A DNA stretch of 64,000 nt, from contig CAVVFV010000008.1 in NCBI GenBank assembly GCA_963747695.1, forward strand, positions 267,592 to 331,591. Direction: 5' to 3'. The translations under genes were made by a program, and so were the position numbers. The notes beneath the pieces were generated by a model. The model saw only the letters and a list, made by a program, of their open reading frames with translations. It ran no database searches and was not told the origin of the DNA. Below, piece after piece: positions 53,698 through 63,646 of this stretch. This DNA is from Candidatus Falkowbacteria bacterium. Lineage in GTDB: Bacteria > Patescibacteriota > Patescibacteriia > Patescibacteriales > WJLG01. Every line of letters begins with the position of its first letter. Position 1 is the first letter of the stretch.

Positions 53698-54120
53698 ATG
53701 AAATCACTTCAAAAACAATACGATGAATTGTCTTACTATACGCTGGAGAAGCGCGACCCGGAATTCATCCATCAATATATCGTGGATGCTTTTGCGGCCC
53801 AGACAGCCGATGCCAAAACCAAGCCGATCACTTTGGCGTTCGCGCTGATCGGGCTTTATCTGCATCTGGAAAAGGATTACACTGGAAAGGAAGTCCAGCA
53901 GGCGCATATGGTTTTGGGCAAGACGAAAAAAGCCTGGCCGAAATTCGAATTGCCTGTCGAGCGCGGCGACTTTACCGTGGTCGATGTCCTGGCCGCTCCC
54001 TTCGGTGCGCCCCGCGACGAGGCCATTAATAAATGGTCACAATCAGTTTGGCAAGCATATAAAAACGTGCATCAGCCAGTAAAATATTTAATGGAAAAGG
54101 AGCTTCTGAAAAAATATTAA
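53698..54120 (+). CDS. hypothetical protein
   Basis: 140-aa ORF preceded by a perfect 16-nt palindrome, cccctctcgagagggg (53676-53691). Confidence 0.7.
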   Translation: MKSLQKQYDELSYYTLEKRDPEFIHQYIVDAFAAQTADAKTKPITLAFALIGLYLHLEKDYTGKEVQQAHMVLGKTKKAWPKFELPVERGDFTVVDVLAAPFGAPRDEAINKWSQSVWQAYKNVHQPVKYLMEKELLKKY

Positions 54121-54352
54121 GCATAAATTTAAAATTGACAAAAATATCCAAAAGTTGTAAGGTTTTGGATGCGAAAAGTTAACGCAATTTCTCAATCGAA
54201 TGAACCTTGAAAATCAATAAATATTAAACAGCTCTTCCTATTAACCCGGAAGGGGGCGCACCATAGCCCAGGACCACTAAATTTTGCAGATTTATTCTGC
54301 CAGGATTCGTGATTCTTTGGTCGAAAAAACCTTTTCATTTTCAGGAGGACTT

Positions 54353-56425
54353 ATGAAGTCGAGATCATTGCTGATGACCATTCTAGCCGTCGTGATGTCA
54401 ATCACGTTAAACGTGTCCGCGCAAAGCAATTGGACGCTGCGCAATCCTACGATCACCGGCGCCACTTTGAGTAAAGTCATTTGGGCTGGTAATCAATTTG
54501 TCGCGGTGGGCGGATTGGATAGCAGTGCGATTCTTTCTTCCTCTAACGGGATTATTTGGACAAAGCATCCCGTGAAGAATACGAATAATCTTAACGGAAT
54601 TGCTTGGACGGGAACAAAGCTGGTGGCGGTCGGTAACTATGGAACAATACTGGCTTCCGTTGACCAAGGATTCTCTTGGACCCCTTGTTCTTCCGGGGTG
54701 TATGGGAATCTTAAAGGGATTGCCTGGAGCGGTCAGAAATTCATTGCTACCGGGTATAACGGGATTGTTCTGTCTTCACCCGACGGAAATAAATGGACTT
54801 CCAATTCGCTGGGTGCGACTACTTATCTCAACGGGATTATTTGGGCTGACTCGCAGTTTGTGATCGTCGGATACGCGGCTGATAGTGCCAAGATCTTTAC
54901 GTCAGCTGACGGAATCTCTTGGACGACGCGCTACTCCGGACCGCTTTCTCCAGGCGGAGTATCTCCCGTATTGATTAGCGTTGCTTGGAACGGCAAACTT
55001 TTTGCCGCAGCCGGGTATGGCGGAATCATCTCGTCTCCCGATGGGATAACTTGGTCGGTAAGCCAGAATACAAATTACTTGCTCTCTGGAATCGCCTGGA
55101 ACGGCAGCAGATTTGCGGCCGTAGGATTTACGACAGCGTATTACAAAGAAATTTTGACTTCGACCGACGGTATCACTTGGGACACGGTGTCATCAGGTGT
55201 GATGGAAGGGCTATTCGATGTGGCTTCCAACGGTTCAATATTTGTAGCCGTGGGAGTCGTTGGGACGGTAATAACTTCGAGTGATGGAGTTTCCTGGAAA
55301 AAAAGTTCTTCAGGCATCGCCAGGAATTTGTTTGACATCGCCTCGAACGGATTTATAATGGTGGCGGTGGGCGGAGACGGCCAGGTTGCAGCTTCCCTTG
55401 AGGGGACAATTTGGTTGCCTGAATCGTCCCTAATCGTGAGTTATGCCCGAGTTGTTTCGAACGGCCAGCAGTTTCTGGCTTCCAGTGATAACGGTTTATC
55501 AATTTCCGCTGATGAAGGAATGAATTGGAAGCCGGATAACAATGCCAGCACCGTTTATTATCAGGGAAGCGATATGGTTTGGGCCGGAACAAAGTATGTT
55601 GCCGTAGGAACTGGAAAGAAAATGGCAACTTCGGTTGATGGAGTTACTTGGACGCCGTGCTCATCGCAGGTTGCTGCGCGTTTGTCTGCCGTCGCTTGGA
55701 ACGGGACGCAGATAGTCGCGGTGGGTGATAGCGGTACGATTATTTCTTCAACCGACGGTGTAAGTTGGGCGAATCATTCTTTGGTAACGGTTGCCAATTT
55801 GCATTGCATCGTTTGGGCCGGAACAAAGTTCGTGGTGTCAGGGACGAATACGGCAGTTGATACGGTCTGGACTTCGCCGGACGGCGCGGTCTGGACAAAA
55901 AATAATCCGGGAACAAGCGTGCTGACCAAAATGATTTGGTCGGGCAAGCAGATCGTGGCTTTAAGTCCGGCCGCTGGCAGAATTTATTCATCACGCGATG
56001 GATCAAATTGGTCCGTGCGGGCTTCTGGCGGCAGTCTTAGTTCAGCTAACAGTATTATTTGGTCAGGTTCGTTATTCGTGCTGGTTGGCGGGAGTGGTTT
56101 GATTATGACGGCGCCGGAAGATTTTCCCGATGCCAATAACTCCCGGCTGCTTTCAGCGGCTTTATCGAAATTTCCGCAGGCCGTGTCGGTTATTTCGACT
56201 GCGAAGGATCGCTTGGTTCTTTCTTGCACTTTGGCGCAGCCGTCGCCACTTTCGGTCCGCTTGCATGATGTCGCTGGCAGGATAATTTTTTCGGCCGCGG
56301 ATAATGCGAGTTCAGCCGGAACGCGGATAATCAGGATGCCGGCGAAAATCGTCGCCCCGGGAATTTATTTTCTTGAGCTTAGGACCAATGCGACGGTGAA
56401 TTATCAAAGGATCTTGATTAAATAA
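54353..56425 (+). CDS. secreted BNR/Asp-box repeat beta-propeller protein with T9SS-type (Por_Secre_tail-like) C-terminal domain
   Basis: ATG 54353 with AGGAGG upstream. Signal peptide MKSRSLLMTILAVVMSITLNVSAQS. At least 10 SxDGxxW(T/S) Asp-boxes at ~45-aa spacing. C-terminus reads VRLHDVAGRIIFS...APGIYFLELRTN...QRILIK. Confidence 0.8.
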   Translation: MKSRSLLMTILAVVMSITLNVSAQSNWTLRNPTITGATLSKVIWAGNQFVAVGGLDSSAILSSSNGIIWTKHPVKNTNNLNGIAWTGTKLVAVGNYGTILASVDQGFSWTPCSSGVYGNLKGIAWSGQKFIATGYNGIVLSSPDGNKWTSNSLGATTYLNGIIWADSQFVIVGYAADSAKIFTSADGISWTTRYSGPLSPGGVSPVLISVAWNGKLFAAAGYGGIISSPDGITWSVSQNTNYLLSGIAWNGSRFAAVGFTTAYYKEILTSTDGITWDTVSSGVMEGLFDVASNGSIFVAVGVVGTVITSSDGVSWKKSSSGIARNLFDIASNGFIMVAVGGDGQVAASLEGTIWLPESSLIVSYARVVSNGQQFLASSDNGLSISADEGMNWKPDNNASTVYYQGSDMVWAGTKYVAVGTGKKMATSVDGVTWTPCSSQVAARLSAVAWNGTQIVAVGDSGTIISSTDGVSWANHSLVTVANLHCIVWAGTKFVVSGTNTAVDTVWTSPDGAVWTKNNPGTSVLTKMIWSGKQIVALSPAAGRIYSSRDGSNWSVRASGGSLSSANSIIWSGSLFVLVGGSGLIMTAPEDFPDANNSRLLSAALSKFPQAVSVISTAKDRLVLSCTLAQPSPLSVRLHDVAGRIIFSAADNASSAGTRIIRMPAKIVAPGIYFLELRTNATVNYQRILIK

Positions 56426-56459
56426 GATCTATTTTTCAAAGGAGTAAAATAGCTTGATC

Positions 56460-56490
56460 AGGCGGGTTTAACAGAACCCGCCTTTTATTA
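56460..56490 (+). terminator. rho-independent terminator
   Basis: ggcgggtt/aacccgcc stem followed by TTTTATTA. Confidence 0.75.
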
Positions 56491-56650
56491 TCAAGCGAAG
56501 TGACTGAAATCTGCCTGCCCGTAGGCCGGTAATCCCGCTTCAGCATTCGTGATTTTTTTGGTATAATTAAATAAAATCAGCTGTCGGAAAGTTCAATAAC
56601 TTCAATTAAGTGACCGAGAGCTGCAATTTATTAATCCATATCCTAATCTT

Positions 56651-56974
56651 ATGGACAAAGCTAACATCACCACGGCCTTCGAGCTGCATGGCCAGAAAAT
56701 CACAAAAAATCTGGGTTTAGTCAGAGGTATCACCGTGCGTTCGCGTTCTATAGTCGGTTCAATCGGCGGCGCTCTGCAGACCATCTTGGGCGGCAACATT
56801 TCGCTTTTCACCCATCTGTGTGAAAAATCCCGGGAAGAAGCATTTGAACTGATGATCAAGCACGCCGAAGAACTTGGCGCCAACGCCGTGATCAGTGTGC
56901 GCTATGACGCCAACGAAGTTATGAGCGGCGTCACCGAAGTGCTCTGCTACGGCACGGCGGTTAAAGTAGAATAA
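56651..56974 (+). CDS. YbjQ (UPF0145) family protein
   Basis: 107 aa; [27 protein letters not shown]...[11 protein letters not shown]. Confidence 0.85.
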   Translation: MDKANITTAFELHGQKITKNLGLVRGITVRSRSIVGSIGGALQTILGGNISLFTHLCEKSREEAFELMIKHAEELGANAVISVRYDANEVMSGVTEVLCYGTAVKVE

Positions 56975-56984
56975 ATTTTCAGCG

Positions 56985-57749
56985 ATGACTAAAAAAGTAA
57001 AAAAATTTTTGTTTTGGGGCGCGCCCGCGGTAATTATTTTAATTATTACCTGCTGGGTTATTTTTGAATTTACGCTTGATGATCCTAAAGGAGAAGAGAA
57101 TGTGATGAAAACGGTCGTTAAACAAACTTATTACAAGATCGCTCTGGCGGCCGCGCCGACACCCAAAGGGGCCGTTCGTTTAAATGTGCCTTATCACCGC
57201 CAGCAGCACGCGCTTTCCTGCGAAGTCGCTTCACTCTTGATGGCTTTGCAATATCGCGGCGTCACTACAACCGAGAATGAATTGATCGCGCAATTGCCGG
57301 TTTCTGATCCGGGACCGCGCAGCCCGGGGAATATCTGGGGTGATCCGAATTTGGGATTTGTCGGCAACATCAACGGTTCGATGCCGAACACCGGTTATGG
57401 CGTCTACGAACAGCCGATCGATGACTTGGCGACTAAATACCGTCCGGCCAAAATTATCGCGAGCGGCACGCTGGCCGATTTGATCGACGCTTTGACTAAT
57501 AATGATCCGGTCGTGGTTTGGGGCGTAATCGGAAACGGATCAGATATTTCCTGGAAAACTTCCGCCGGGCTGGTCGTTAAAGCGCAGCTGAATGAACATG
57601 CGCGAACATTGATCGGCTATACCGGCACCTCGGACAATCCGCAGCAATTGATACTTTTGGATCCCATCTACGGCGAAATCAGAATGAAGGTCGCGGATTT
57701 TTTGGCAAATTGGGGGAAACTGGATGATCGAGCAGTCGTTATTTATTGA
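56985..57749 (+). CDS. C39-like cysteine peptidase domain protein, membrane anchored
   Basis: N-terminal TM helix; VPYHRQQHALSCEVASLLMAL contains the catalytic-Cys context of peptidase_C39_2. Confidence 0.7.
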   Translation: MTKKVKKFLFWGAPAVIILIITCWVIFEFTLDDPKGEENVMKTVVKQTYYKIALAAAPTPKGAVRLNVPYHRQQHALSCEVASLLMALQYRGVTTTENELIAQLPVSDPGPRSPGNIWGDPNLGFVGNINGSMPNTGYGVYEQPIDDLATKYRPAKIIASGTLADLIDALTNNDPVVVWGVIGNGSDISWKTSAGLVVKAQLNEHARTLIGYTGTSDNPQQLILLDPIYGEIRMKVADFLANWGKLDDRAVVIY

Positions 57750-57790
57750 TTTTCACCCAGTTTCAAGAGGGAATATGCTATAATAAGAAT

Positions 57791-58000
57791 ATGGCTTTTA
57801 CCGAACAGGTTAAAAGATCGCTGGTCAAGTCCATCACTTTCCGGGTGCTGGTCATCACTTCGGATTTTATTATTATTTGGCTGATCACGCGGCGTTATGA
57901 TGTTGCCGCTCTGGTAACCATCCTGACCAATTCCGCCGCTTTTTTGATCTATTATCTTCATGAACGAGTTTGGAATAAAATAAATTGGGGTAAACAATAA
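57791..58000 (+). CDS. DUF2061 membrane protein
   Basis: RSLVKSITFRVLV...YYLHERVWNKI pattern. ATG 57791 is preferred over the track start 57746. Confidence 0.7.
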   Translation: MAFTEQVKRSLVKSITFRVLVITSDFIIIWLITRRYDVAALVTILTNSAAFLIYYLHERVWNKINWGKQ

Positions 58001-58005
58001 AAAAA

Positions 58006-58650
58006 ATGTTCAAAATTTTTCGCTTAAACATCAATCTGGTCACGCGCATCTTGGTTCTTTCCGATTTCTTTTTATTCCTTTCGTCCGGTTTATTGTCGCC
58101 GATCTACGCGGTTTTCGTGCTGGACAAGATCCATGGCTCGAGTTTGGAAATAATCGGCATCGCTACCGCCATCTATTGGACCTCGCGAGTCGCTGCCGTA
58201 ATCCCTTTGAGCCATCTGATGGATCGGATCAAAGGAGAAAAGGACGAATATTATTTTATGCTGGTCGGAACTTTGCTGATCGCCACGCTGCCCTTGGGTT
58301 ATATTTTTGCGACCGAGCCTTGGCATATATATGTGATCCAGGCGCTGAACGGCATCGCTTTCTCGATGATCATTCCGGCTTGGCGGGTGATCTTCACCAA
58401 GAATCTCAATCACGATCACGTCAGCTATGAATGGTCGCTTGATGATGTGGGCGTCGGTATCGCGACGGCGATTAGCGCTGCCTTGGGTGCTTTGATCGCC
58501 CAAACCTTCGGCTTTGATGCTTTGTTCATCTTTATCTACCTCGTCGGCTTGGTGAGCGTTTTGGTTTTATTACTCATCTATAAAGGTGAGGGTTCGTTTT
58601 TGGAATGGCTGAAAATGCGCCGGGACGGCCATGCGAAAAAAGGGTTATGA
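58006..58650 (+). CDS. six-TM membrane protein (half-size MFS-like)
   Basis: 214 aa, 6 hydrophobic helices; family call tentative. Confidence 0.6.
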   Translation: MFKIFRLNINLVTRILVLSDFFLFLSSGLLSPIYAVFVLDKIHGSSLEIIGIATAIYWTSRVAAVIPLSHLMDRIKGEKDEYYFMLVGTLLIATLPLGYIFATEPWHIYVIQALNGIAFSMIIPAWRVIFTKNLNHDHVSYEWSLDDVGVGIATAISAALGALIAQTFGFDALFIFIYLVGLVSVLVLLLIYKGEGSFLEWLKMRRDGHAKKGL

Positions 58651-58752
58651 AGGAATGGGTTGCGGCGCGATATTTTGCGCTCCTTGACGGTCGCTTTATT
58701 GTGATATATACTAAGTATATATAATGTATATATTAAGATTTAAAGAAAAAAT

Positions 58753-59028
58753 ATGAATTCCACGGTTATCAACATTAAAACCGAGATAAAAGTGAAAAAA
58801 GAGGCGCAAAAAGTGGCGTCGGATTTGGGCTTAAGTTTAAGCGGCGCTATCAATGGATTTTTACGCCAGCTTATCCGCGATAAAAAAGTTTTATTCACTT
58901 TAAGCGAAGGCGAGCCCAGCGAATATTTAAAGTCGGCTATCAAAGAGGCGGAAGACGATAGAAAAAACGGGCGAGTACATTCTTTTAAAAGTAATCGCGA
59001 GGCAATTGATTTTTTGAAAGACCAATAA
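58753..59028 (+). CDS. type II antitoxin, RelB/DinJ family
   Basis: 91 aa; INIKTEIKVKKEAQKVASDLGLSLSGAINGFLRQLI ribbon-helix-helix pattern; 3 nt upstream of the toxin gene. Confidence 0.8.
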   Translation: MNSTVINIKTEIKVKKEAQKVASDLGLSLSGAINGFLRQLIRDKKVLFTLSEGEPSEYLKSAIKEAEDDRKNGRVHSFKSNREAIDFLKDQ

Positions 59029-59031
59029 ATT

Positions 59032-59295
59032 ATGCGAATTGAATATTCCCATAAGTTCATTAGGGAATTCAAAAAATGTCCGGTCAAAATAAAATCCGCA
59101 TTTTTTAAAAGGCAGGAATTATTTATTAATGAGCGGTATTCGTTAATTTTAAATAATCATCCGTTGAGCGGAGAATATAAAAATTATCGAAGTATAAATA
59201 TTACCGGCGACTGGCGCGCTATTTTCAAAGAAACCGATGATGGCGCGATAATTTATTTTATCGCCATCGGCACGCATAGCCGATTATATTGTTAA
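59032..59295 (+). CDS. type II toxin, RelE/ParE superfamily
   Basis: 87 aa; ...LSGEYKNYRSINITGDWRAIFKETDDGAIIYFIAIGTHSRLY. Confidence 0.82.
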   Translation: MRIEYSHKFIREFKKCPVKIKSAFFKRQELFINERYSLILNNHPLSGEYKNYRSINITGDWRAIFKETDDGAIIYFIAIGTHSRLYC

Positions 59296-59654
59296 TGGAA
59301 AAATTTATGCCCGTTCTGCTTAAAACAATTTTTTCGATCAATTATTTCTACTGGCTGCTCCTTTCGATGGTTTTTTACGCCGGCGGAGAATTTTTTTCCA
59401 AAAAATTCGCCTTGAGCCCGAAAGTAAGTTTCGTAGTTTTTCTTTTGCTGTTTTACGCGCTCGGCGCGCTGGCCTGGATCGTGGCGCTTTGGGGCAAAGA
59501 TGAATTGGCGGATGTCGGGGCGATGTGGGCGGTCTTGAGTTTGCTCACCACCGTCTCGATCGGCATTTTCGTTTTTCGGGAGCGATTAAATATTTATGGC
59601 GTCTTGGGCATAATTTTGGCCGCGGCCGCGATCGCTTTGTTATCAAAATCTTAA
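59295..59654 (+). CDS. small four-TM membrane protein (SMR/EamA-like)
   Basis: ATG overlaps the toxin stop (TAATG); four hydrophobic helices. Confidence 0.6.
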   Translation: MEKFMPVLLKTIFSINYFYWLLLSMVFYAGGEFFSKKFALSPKVSFVVFLLLFYALGALAWIVALWGKDELADVGAMWAVLSLLTTVSIGIFVFRERLNIYGVLGIILAAAAIALLSKS

Positions 59655-59658
59655 TCAT

Positions 59659-59736
59659 GTCATCCCCGCGGAAGCGGGGATCCGGAAAATTAATTTTAAA
59701 GATATTAAACTGGATTCCGTTCTGTCCCGGAATGAC
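59659..59736. mobile_element. 78-bp MITE-like copy of the GTCATCCCCGCGGAAGCGGGGATCC family
   Basis: Left end gtcatccccgcggaagcggggatccgg; right end tggattccgttctgtcccggaatgac. Confidence 0.7.
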
Positions 59737-59757
59737 GAATAAATAATTATAAATCTT

Positions 59758-60324
59758 ATGAATTTGTTTTTTAAAAAAATAATTTTTGTCGCGGTAATTC
59801 TGGCTTTGGTTTTTGGCTTTGCTTATTCTGTTTCACAGCAGGTTTTGCGGCAATCAGCCAACGATCCGCAGATCCAGATCGCCGAAGATTCCGCCGCCAA
59901 GCTGGCGGTCGGGGAGTTGCCGGATTTTTTGCGCAGCAATGTTTATGGCTCCGTTGATGCGGCCAAAAGTCTGGCGCCTTTTTTGATCACTTTTGACGGC
60001 TCGGGAAAGATGCTCGCTTCGAGCGTGACTTTGAATGGCACGACACCGCTGCCGCCGACCGGAGTTTTTACTTATGCCAAAGCGCACGGAGAGGACCGGA
60101 TTAGCTGGCAACCGGCTAAGGGTGTCCGCGTCGCGGCGGTGATAGTCCATTACTCTGGAGTGGGGGAAGGCTATGCGTTGAGCGGACGATCATTGACCGA
60201 AGTGGAAAAACGCGAAAGCAATCTGGAATTTTTAACTTTTTGGGCTTGGCTTTTTTCGGTCTTGATTGCGGCGGTTCTCATTTTTGTCAGTGAAAAAATC
60301 AGCCCATCGAAAAGATTTAATTAG
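59758..60324 (+). CDS. membrane-anchored hypothetical protein
   Basis: 188 aa with N- and C-terminal TM helices. Confidence 0.7.
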   Translation: MNLFFKKIIFVAVILALVFGFAYSVSQQVLRQSANDPQIQIAEDSAAKLAVGELPDFLRSNVYGSVDAAKSLAPFLITFDGSGKMLASSVTLNGTTPLPPTGVFTYAKAHGEDRISWQPAKGVRVAAVIVHYSGVGEGYALSGRSLTEVEKRESNLEFLTFWAWLFSVLIAAVLIFVSEKISPSKRFN

Positions 60325-60344
60325 TCGTTAATTTATTTATCAAT

Positions 60345-60662
60345 ATGAAAAATTCTAAATTAGCGATTTTAGCCCTGTATAATTCCTTGGGAATCGTCGT
60401 TTATGTCGCCATCGTCGTGTTTCTTATCCAAAACGGCGGAAAAATTTTTGGCCAGATGAACGATTTGCTCGGACCAATTGCCTTTTTACTTTTATTCGTT
60501 TCGTCAGCCGCGATTACGGGAGCCTTGGCGCTCGGCCGTCCGATTTTGCTTTTCCTGGAAAACCGCAAAGTTGAGGCCATAAAGATGTTTCTTTATACGA
60601 TTGGTTGGCTTTTTTTGATCATGGTTTTGATTTTTGTTATCAGGGTTTTGCATATCGTATAA
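60345..60662 (+). CDS. small three-TM membrane protein
   Basis: 105-aa hydrophobic ORF. Confidence 0.65.
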   Translation: MKNSKLAILALYNSLGIVVYVAIVVFLIQNGGKIFGQMNDLLGPIAFLLLFVSSAAITGALALGRPILLFLENRKVEAIKMFLYTIGWLFLIMVLIFVIRVLHIV

Positions 60663-60675
60663 AGAATGTTAAAAA

Positions 60676-60721
60676 CGACCGCCATGCCGTGTTAACTTTA
60701 TGCGGCTAAGGCGGTTTTTTG
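60676..60721 (+). terminator. rho-independent terminator
   Basis: accgcc...ggcggt outer stem with an inner hairpin, followed by TTTTTT. Confidence 0.6.
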
Positions 60722-60748
60722 ATAGGTAAAGGCTGGTCGGTATTTCTG

Positions 60749-60777
60749 TTGACTTTTTATTTGTTTTATGCTATTAT
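60749..60777 (+). promoter_or_regulatory. sigma70-like promoter
   Basis: TTGACT (60749-60754), a 17-nt spacer, then TATTAT (60772-60777). Confidence 0.5.
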
Positions 60778-60837
60778 CAAAAATCGATTATTAATGGTTT
60801 GTTATTTTATTAAAAACAATTTTCAAAGGAGTTTCTA

Positions 60838-61413
60838 ATGTTAAGGCAAAGCGTCTCGATGTTGACCCTGGCTTCGGTCGTCCTGTTAGCGTTTGTCGGT
60901 TGTAAAAATTCTTCTGAAAAAAGCGCGGTCAAGGATCAAACCAAGATTGCGATTCATCTTCAGCAGCCGAATTCGCTCAAACCCGTGGGAGCAAAGTCTG
61001 CACACGACGACTCGCTGACCAATGGCTTAATTGATACAAATCATATTGGAAACGTCGACATCCGGGTAAATGTGCCCAAAGCTCCGAAGGCGGTTTCTTG
61101 CCTGCTGTTCATCGACGGTTTTGCCCGGGATTATAAGAAATTCCCCAAGCATTCTCACACCGCAGTTGAATTGCGCGATAGCACTGTTGAAGCAACATAT
61201 AACGGGCGTTCACATTCGGTGAAATTGGAAATTCACTGCCAAGATTACAATTCTTTTGTCGGAGAAATGAATGTTGTCGCTTTTACTAATCCGGCGCGAG
61301 CAACTGAAACATCCCAGCTGGAACTGATAAAACAAATTCCGGAAAGATTGAGTAAGACGCCAAAATTAACGCCGATCAAGGTTGTGATAGAAAAAATTCC
61401 GCGCCCGCAATAA
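60838..61413 (+). CDS. putative lipoprotein
   Basis: Signal peptide ending in a lipobox-like LAFVGC; AAGGAG lies upstream. Confidence 0.7.
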   Translation: MLRQSVSMLTLASVVLLAFVGCKNSSEKSAVKDQTKIAIHLQQPNSLKPVGAKSAHDDSLTNGLIDTNHIGNVDIRVNVPKAPKAVSCLLFIDGFARDYKKFPKHSHTAVELRDSTVEATYNGRSHSVKLEIHCQDYNSFVGEMNVVAFTNPARATETSQLELIKQIPERLSKTPKLTPIKVVIEKIPRPQ

Positions 61414-61768
61414 AGCGGAATCAATAGTTATATCCCGGGGTTGTCATTACAATCCCGGGTATTATTTTACTAAAATAGGCCATTATTTTTGATAATCAGC
61501 TGATTAGGTTGACAGGATATTTTATCTGTGCTACAATGATATCACTAATAAATTAGGCTTATCTTTTTAGATAGCCTTGATTCGATCTCATTGCGTTTGC
61601 ATCTCTCTCTATAAAGAAAGGCGACCATTGCTGAACTCGGGTCACCTTTATTTATATTGTCTTTCCGATCCCGCCTAAGCGGGAGAAGAATCCCTTCAAG
61701 CCCTATCATCGCATAGCTACGGTTATCGATAATAGGATTTTTCGATGAATTTTTACGTTCCTCTAAAT

Positions 61769-61796
61769 AGATCCCTCGCTAAACGCTCGGGATGAC
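61769..61796. repeat. solo right-end copy of the GTCATCCC... repeat family
   Basis: agatccctcgctaaacgctcgggatgac, ending 17 nt before the helicase ATG and abutting its AAGGAGG. Confidence 0.65.
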
Positions 61797-61813
61797 AAAA
61801 GGAGGGTTTCCGG

Positions 61814-63589
61814 ATGACAACAAAATTATTTATGTCAGAACAAAAAAACGAGACGTTGAGTTTCAATGGCCTTGGCATTGCCGAGAAGCTTTTGGAAACT
61901 CTCAACAAATTGGGCATGTCAATACCGACGCCCATTCAATTTAAGTCTATTCCTGTCGCTGTCGAAGGAAAGGATATTATCGGTGTAGCTCAGACCGGAA
62001 CTGGCAAGACTTTAGCTTTCGCTATCCCCATGATTCAGCGTTTAGCTTTGTATAAAGGTAAAGGATTAGTGCTTTTGCCGACTCGCGAACTGGCTTCGCA
62101 GGTTGACGAAAATATCCGCGCTTATGGCGCGTCGATCGGATTACGTACCGCAGTTATTATTGGCGGCGAATCGATCAACCGCCAGCGCGAAATGGTGCGC
62201 CGCAATCCTCATGTCTTGATTGCGACGCCCGGTCGGATGAATGATTTCATCCAGAGAGGCTGGATCAATTTGAGTGATGTCAAAGTATTAGTATTGGATG
62301 AAGCCGATATGATGTTGGATATGGGATTTGCTCCGCAGATCGAAACCATCATCAGAAAAATTCCGAAGGAACGGCAAACCATGCTTTTTTCCGCGACCAT
62401 GCCGAATGAAATTGTTAAATTAGCTGCCAACCACATGGCCGAACCGGTCAGAGTGGAGGTGGCCAATCCGGGTGAAACGGCGGCCGGCATCAATCAGGAG
62501 ATTTTTATCATCCATAAAGATGCCCGTTTGGGACAATTGGAAAAACTCTTGCAAGAATCAACCGGTTCAGTTTTGATTTTCTGCCGCACTAAGCGGGGAG
62601 TGAAAAAACTGACCGAACAAGTGGAGATGATGGGCCATCGCGCCGCGGAAATCCACTCGAACCGTTCGCTGGAACAGCGCCGCAAAGCGCTTGCCGGCTT
62701 TAAATCCCGTAAGTATCGCGTTTTGGTTGCTACTGACATTGCCGCTCGCGGCATTGATGTGAAAGACATCGAGTTGGTGGTAAATTTCGATTTACCGGAA
62801 GATCCGGGCGATTACGTGCACCGCATCGGCCGCACCGGACGCGCCGGAAAATTAGGCAAGGCGATTTCGTTCGCCGCTCCGGATCAGATCCGCGACGTGC
62901 GCATGATCGAACGGCTGATCAAAAAAACCATTCCCTTGACCAAATTAGCTGAGTATAACGAATCAAGTTCGTATTCTTCGGCTCCCTCCTATCGCGGCCG
63001 CAATCGCGGTTCGTCTCGGCCTTATAATAAACTTAACGATCGATTTGGAAATTCTGAAAGGAAATTCAATAAGCCGTACAGATCCAATGATCGTTTTGCC
63101 AATCGGGGACCGAAGAAATTCGGCGCTGATAAGTTTGCCCATTCGGGCGAGCGTTCCGCAACCGGTTATAGCAAATATAAATCTCACGACACCGGCTTTA
63201 ATTCCGGTTTCAGCAATGATAAATTCAAACCAAAACATGAAGGTTTCCGCTCTGATTTCGGCCACGACAAATTCAAGGCTACGCCGCAGTCCGCGGCGAG
63301 ACTGCGGCGCAACCAGGAGGGATTCCATTCTGCTTCAGGTTTTGATAAATTCAAGCATAAAAAAGAAGGCTTCCATTCCGATTCCGGCTACAACAAATTT
63401 GCGCCGAAGAAAGAAATAAAACGCGGCTTTGACCCGTTAGAATATTTTTCCAATCGTCCGGAAACCCGCATTATGACTGATAAAGAAAGATTCCGCGCCA
63501 GCTTAAGAGAAGGCGATGATCGCCCCTCATTCGGCCGCAAGAAGAATTTTTCCGGCAAGGGCCGCCGCGATAATCGATTTCATCGATAA
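61814..63589 (+). CDS. DEAD-box ATP-dependent RNA helicase with long basic C-terminal tail
   Basis: AQTGTGKT, DEAD, SAT and HRIGRTGRAG motifs. The ~200-aa tail has degenerate (D/N)KFK...EGF(R/H)SD repeats. Confidence 0.93.
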   Translation: MTTKLFMSEQKNETLSFNGLGIAEKLLETLNKLGMSIPTPIQFKSIPVAVEGKDIIGVAQTGTGKTLAFAIPMIQRLALYKGKGLVLLPTRELASQVDENIRAYGASIGLRTAVIIGGESINRQREMVRRNPHVLIATPGRMNDFIQRGWINLSDVKVLVLDEADMMLDMGFAPQIETIIRKIPKERQTMLFSATMPNEIVKLAANHMAEPVRVEVANPGETAAGINQEIFIIHKDARLGQLEKLLQESTGSVLIFCRTKRGVKKLTEQVEMMGHRAAEIHSNRSLEQRRKALAGFKSRKYRVLVATDIAARGIDVKDIELVVNFDLPEDPGDYVHRIGRTGRAGKLGKAISFAAPDQIRDVRMIERLIKKTIPLTKLAEYNESSSYSSAPSYRGRNRGSSRPYNKLNDRFGNSERKFNKPYRSNDRFANRGPKKFGADKFAHSGERSATGYSKYKSHDTGFNSGFSNDKFKPKHEGFRSDFGHDKFKATPQSAARLRRNQEGFHSASGFDKFKHKKEGFHSDSGYNKFAPKKEIKRGFDPLEYFSNRPETRIMTDKERFRASLREGDDRPSFGRKKNFSGKGRRDNRFHR

Positions 63590-63598
63590 AAATAAAAA

Positions 63599-63634
63599 AG
63601 GCGTTTAGCTCGTGCTAAGCGCCTTTTATGTTTG
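63599..63634. terminator. bidirectional rho-independent terminator
   Basis: ggcgtttagc/gctaagcgcc 10-bp stem, T-run after it and A-run before it; lies between convergent genes. Confidence 0.8.
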
Positions 63635-63646
63635 AAAGAAATGAGC

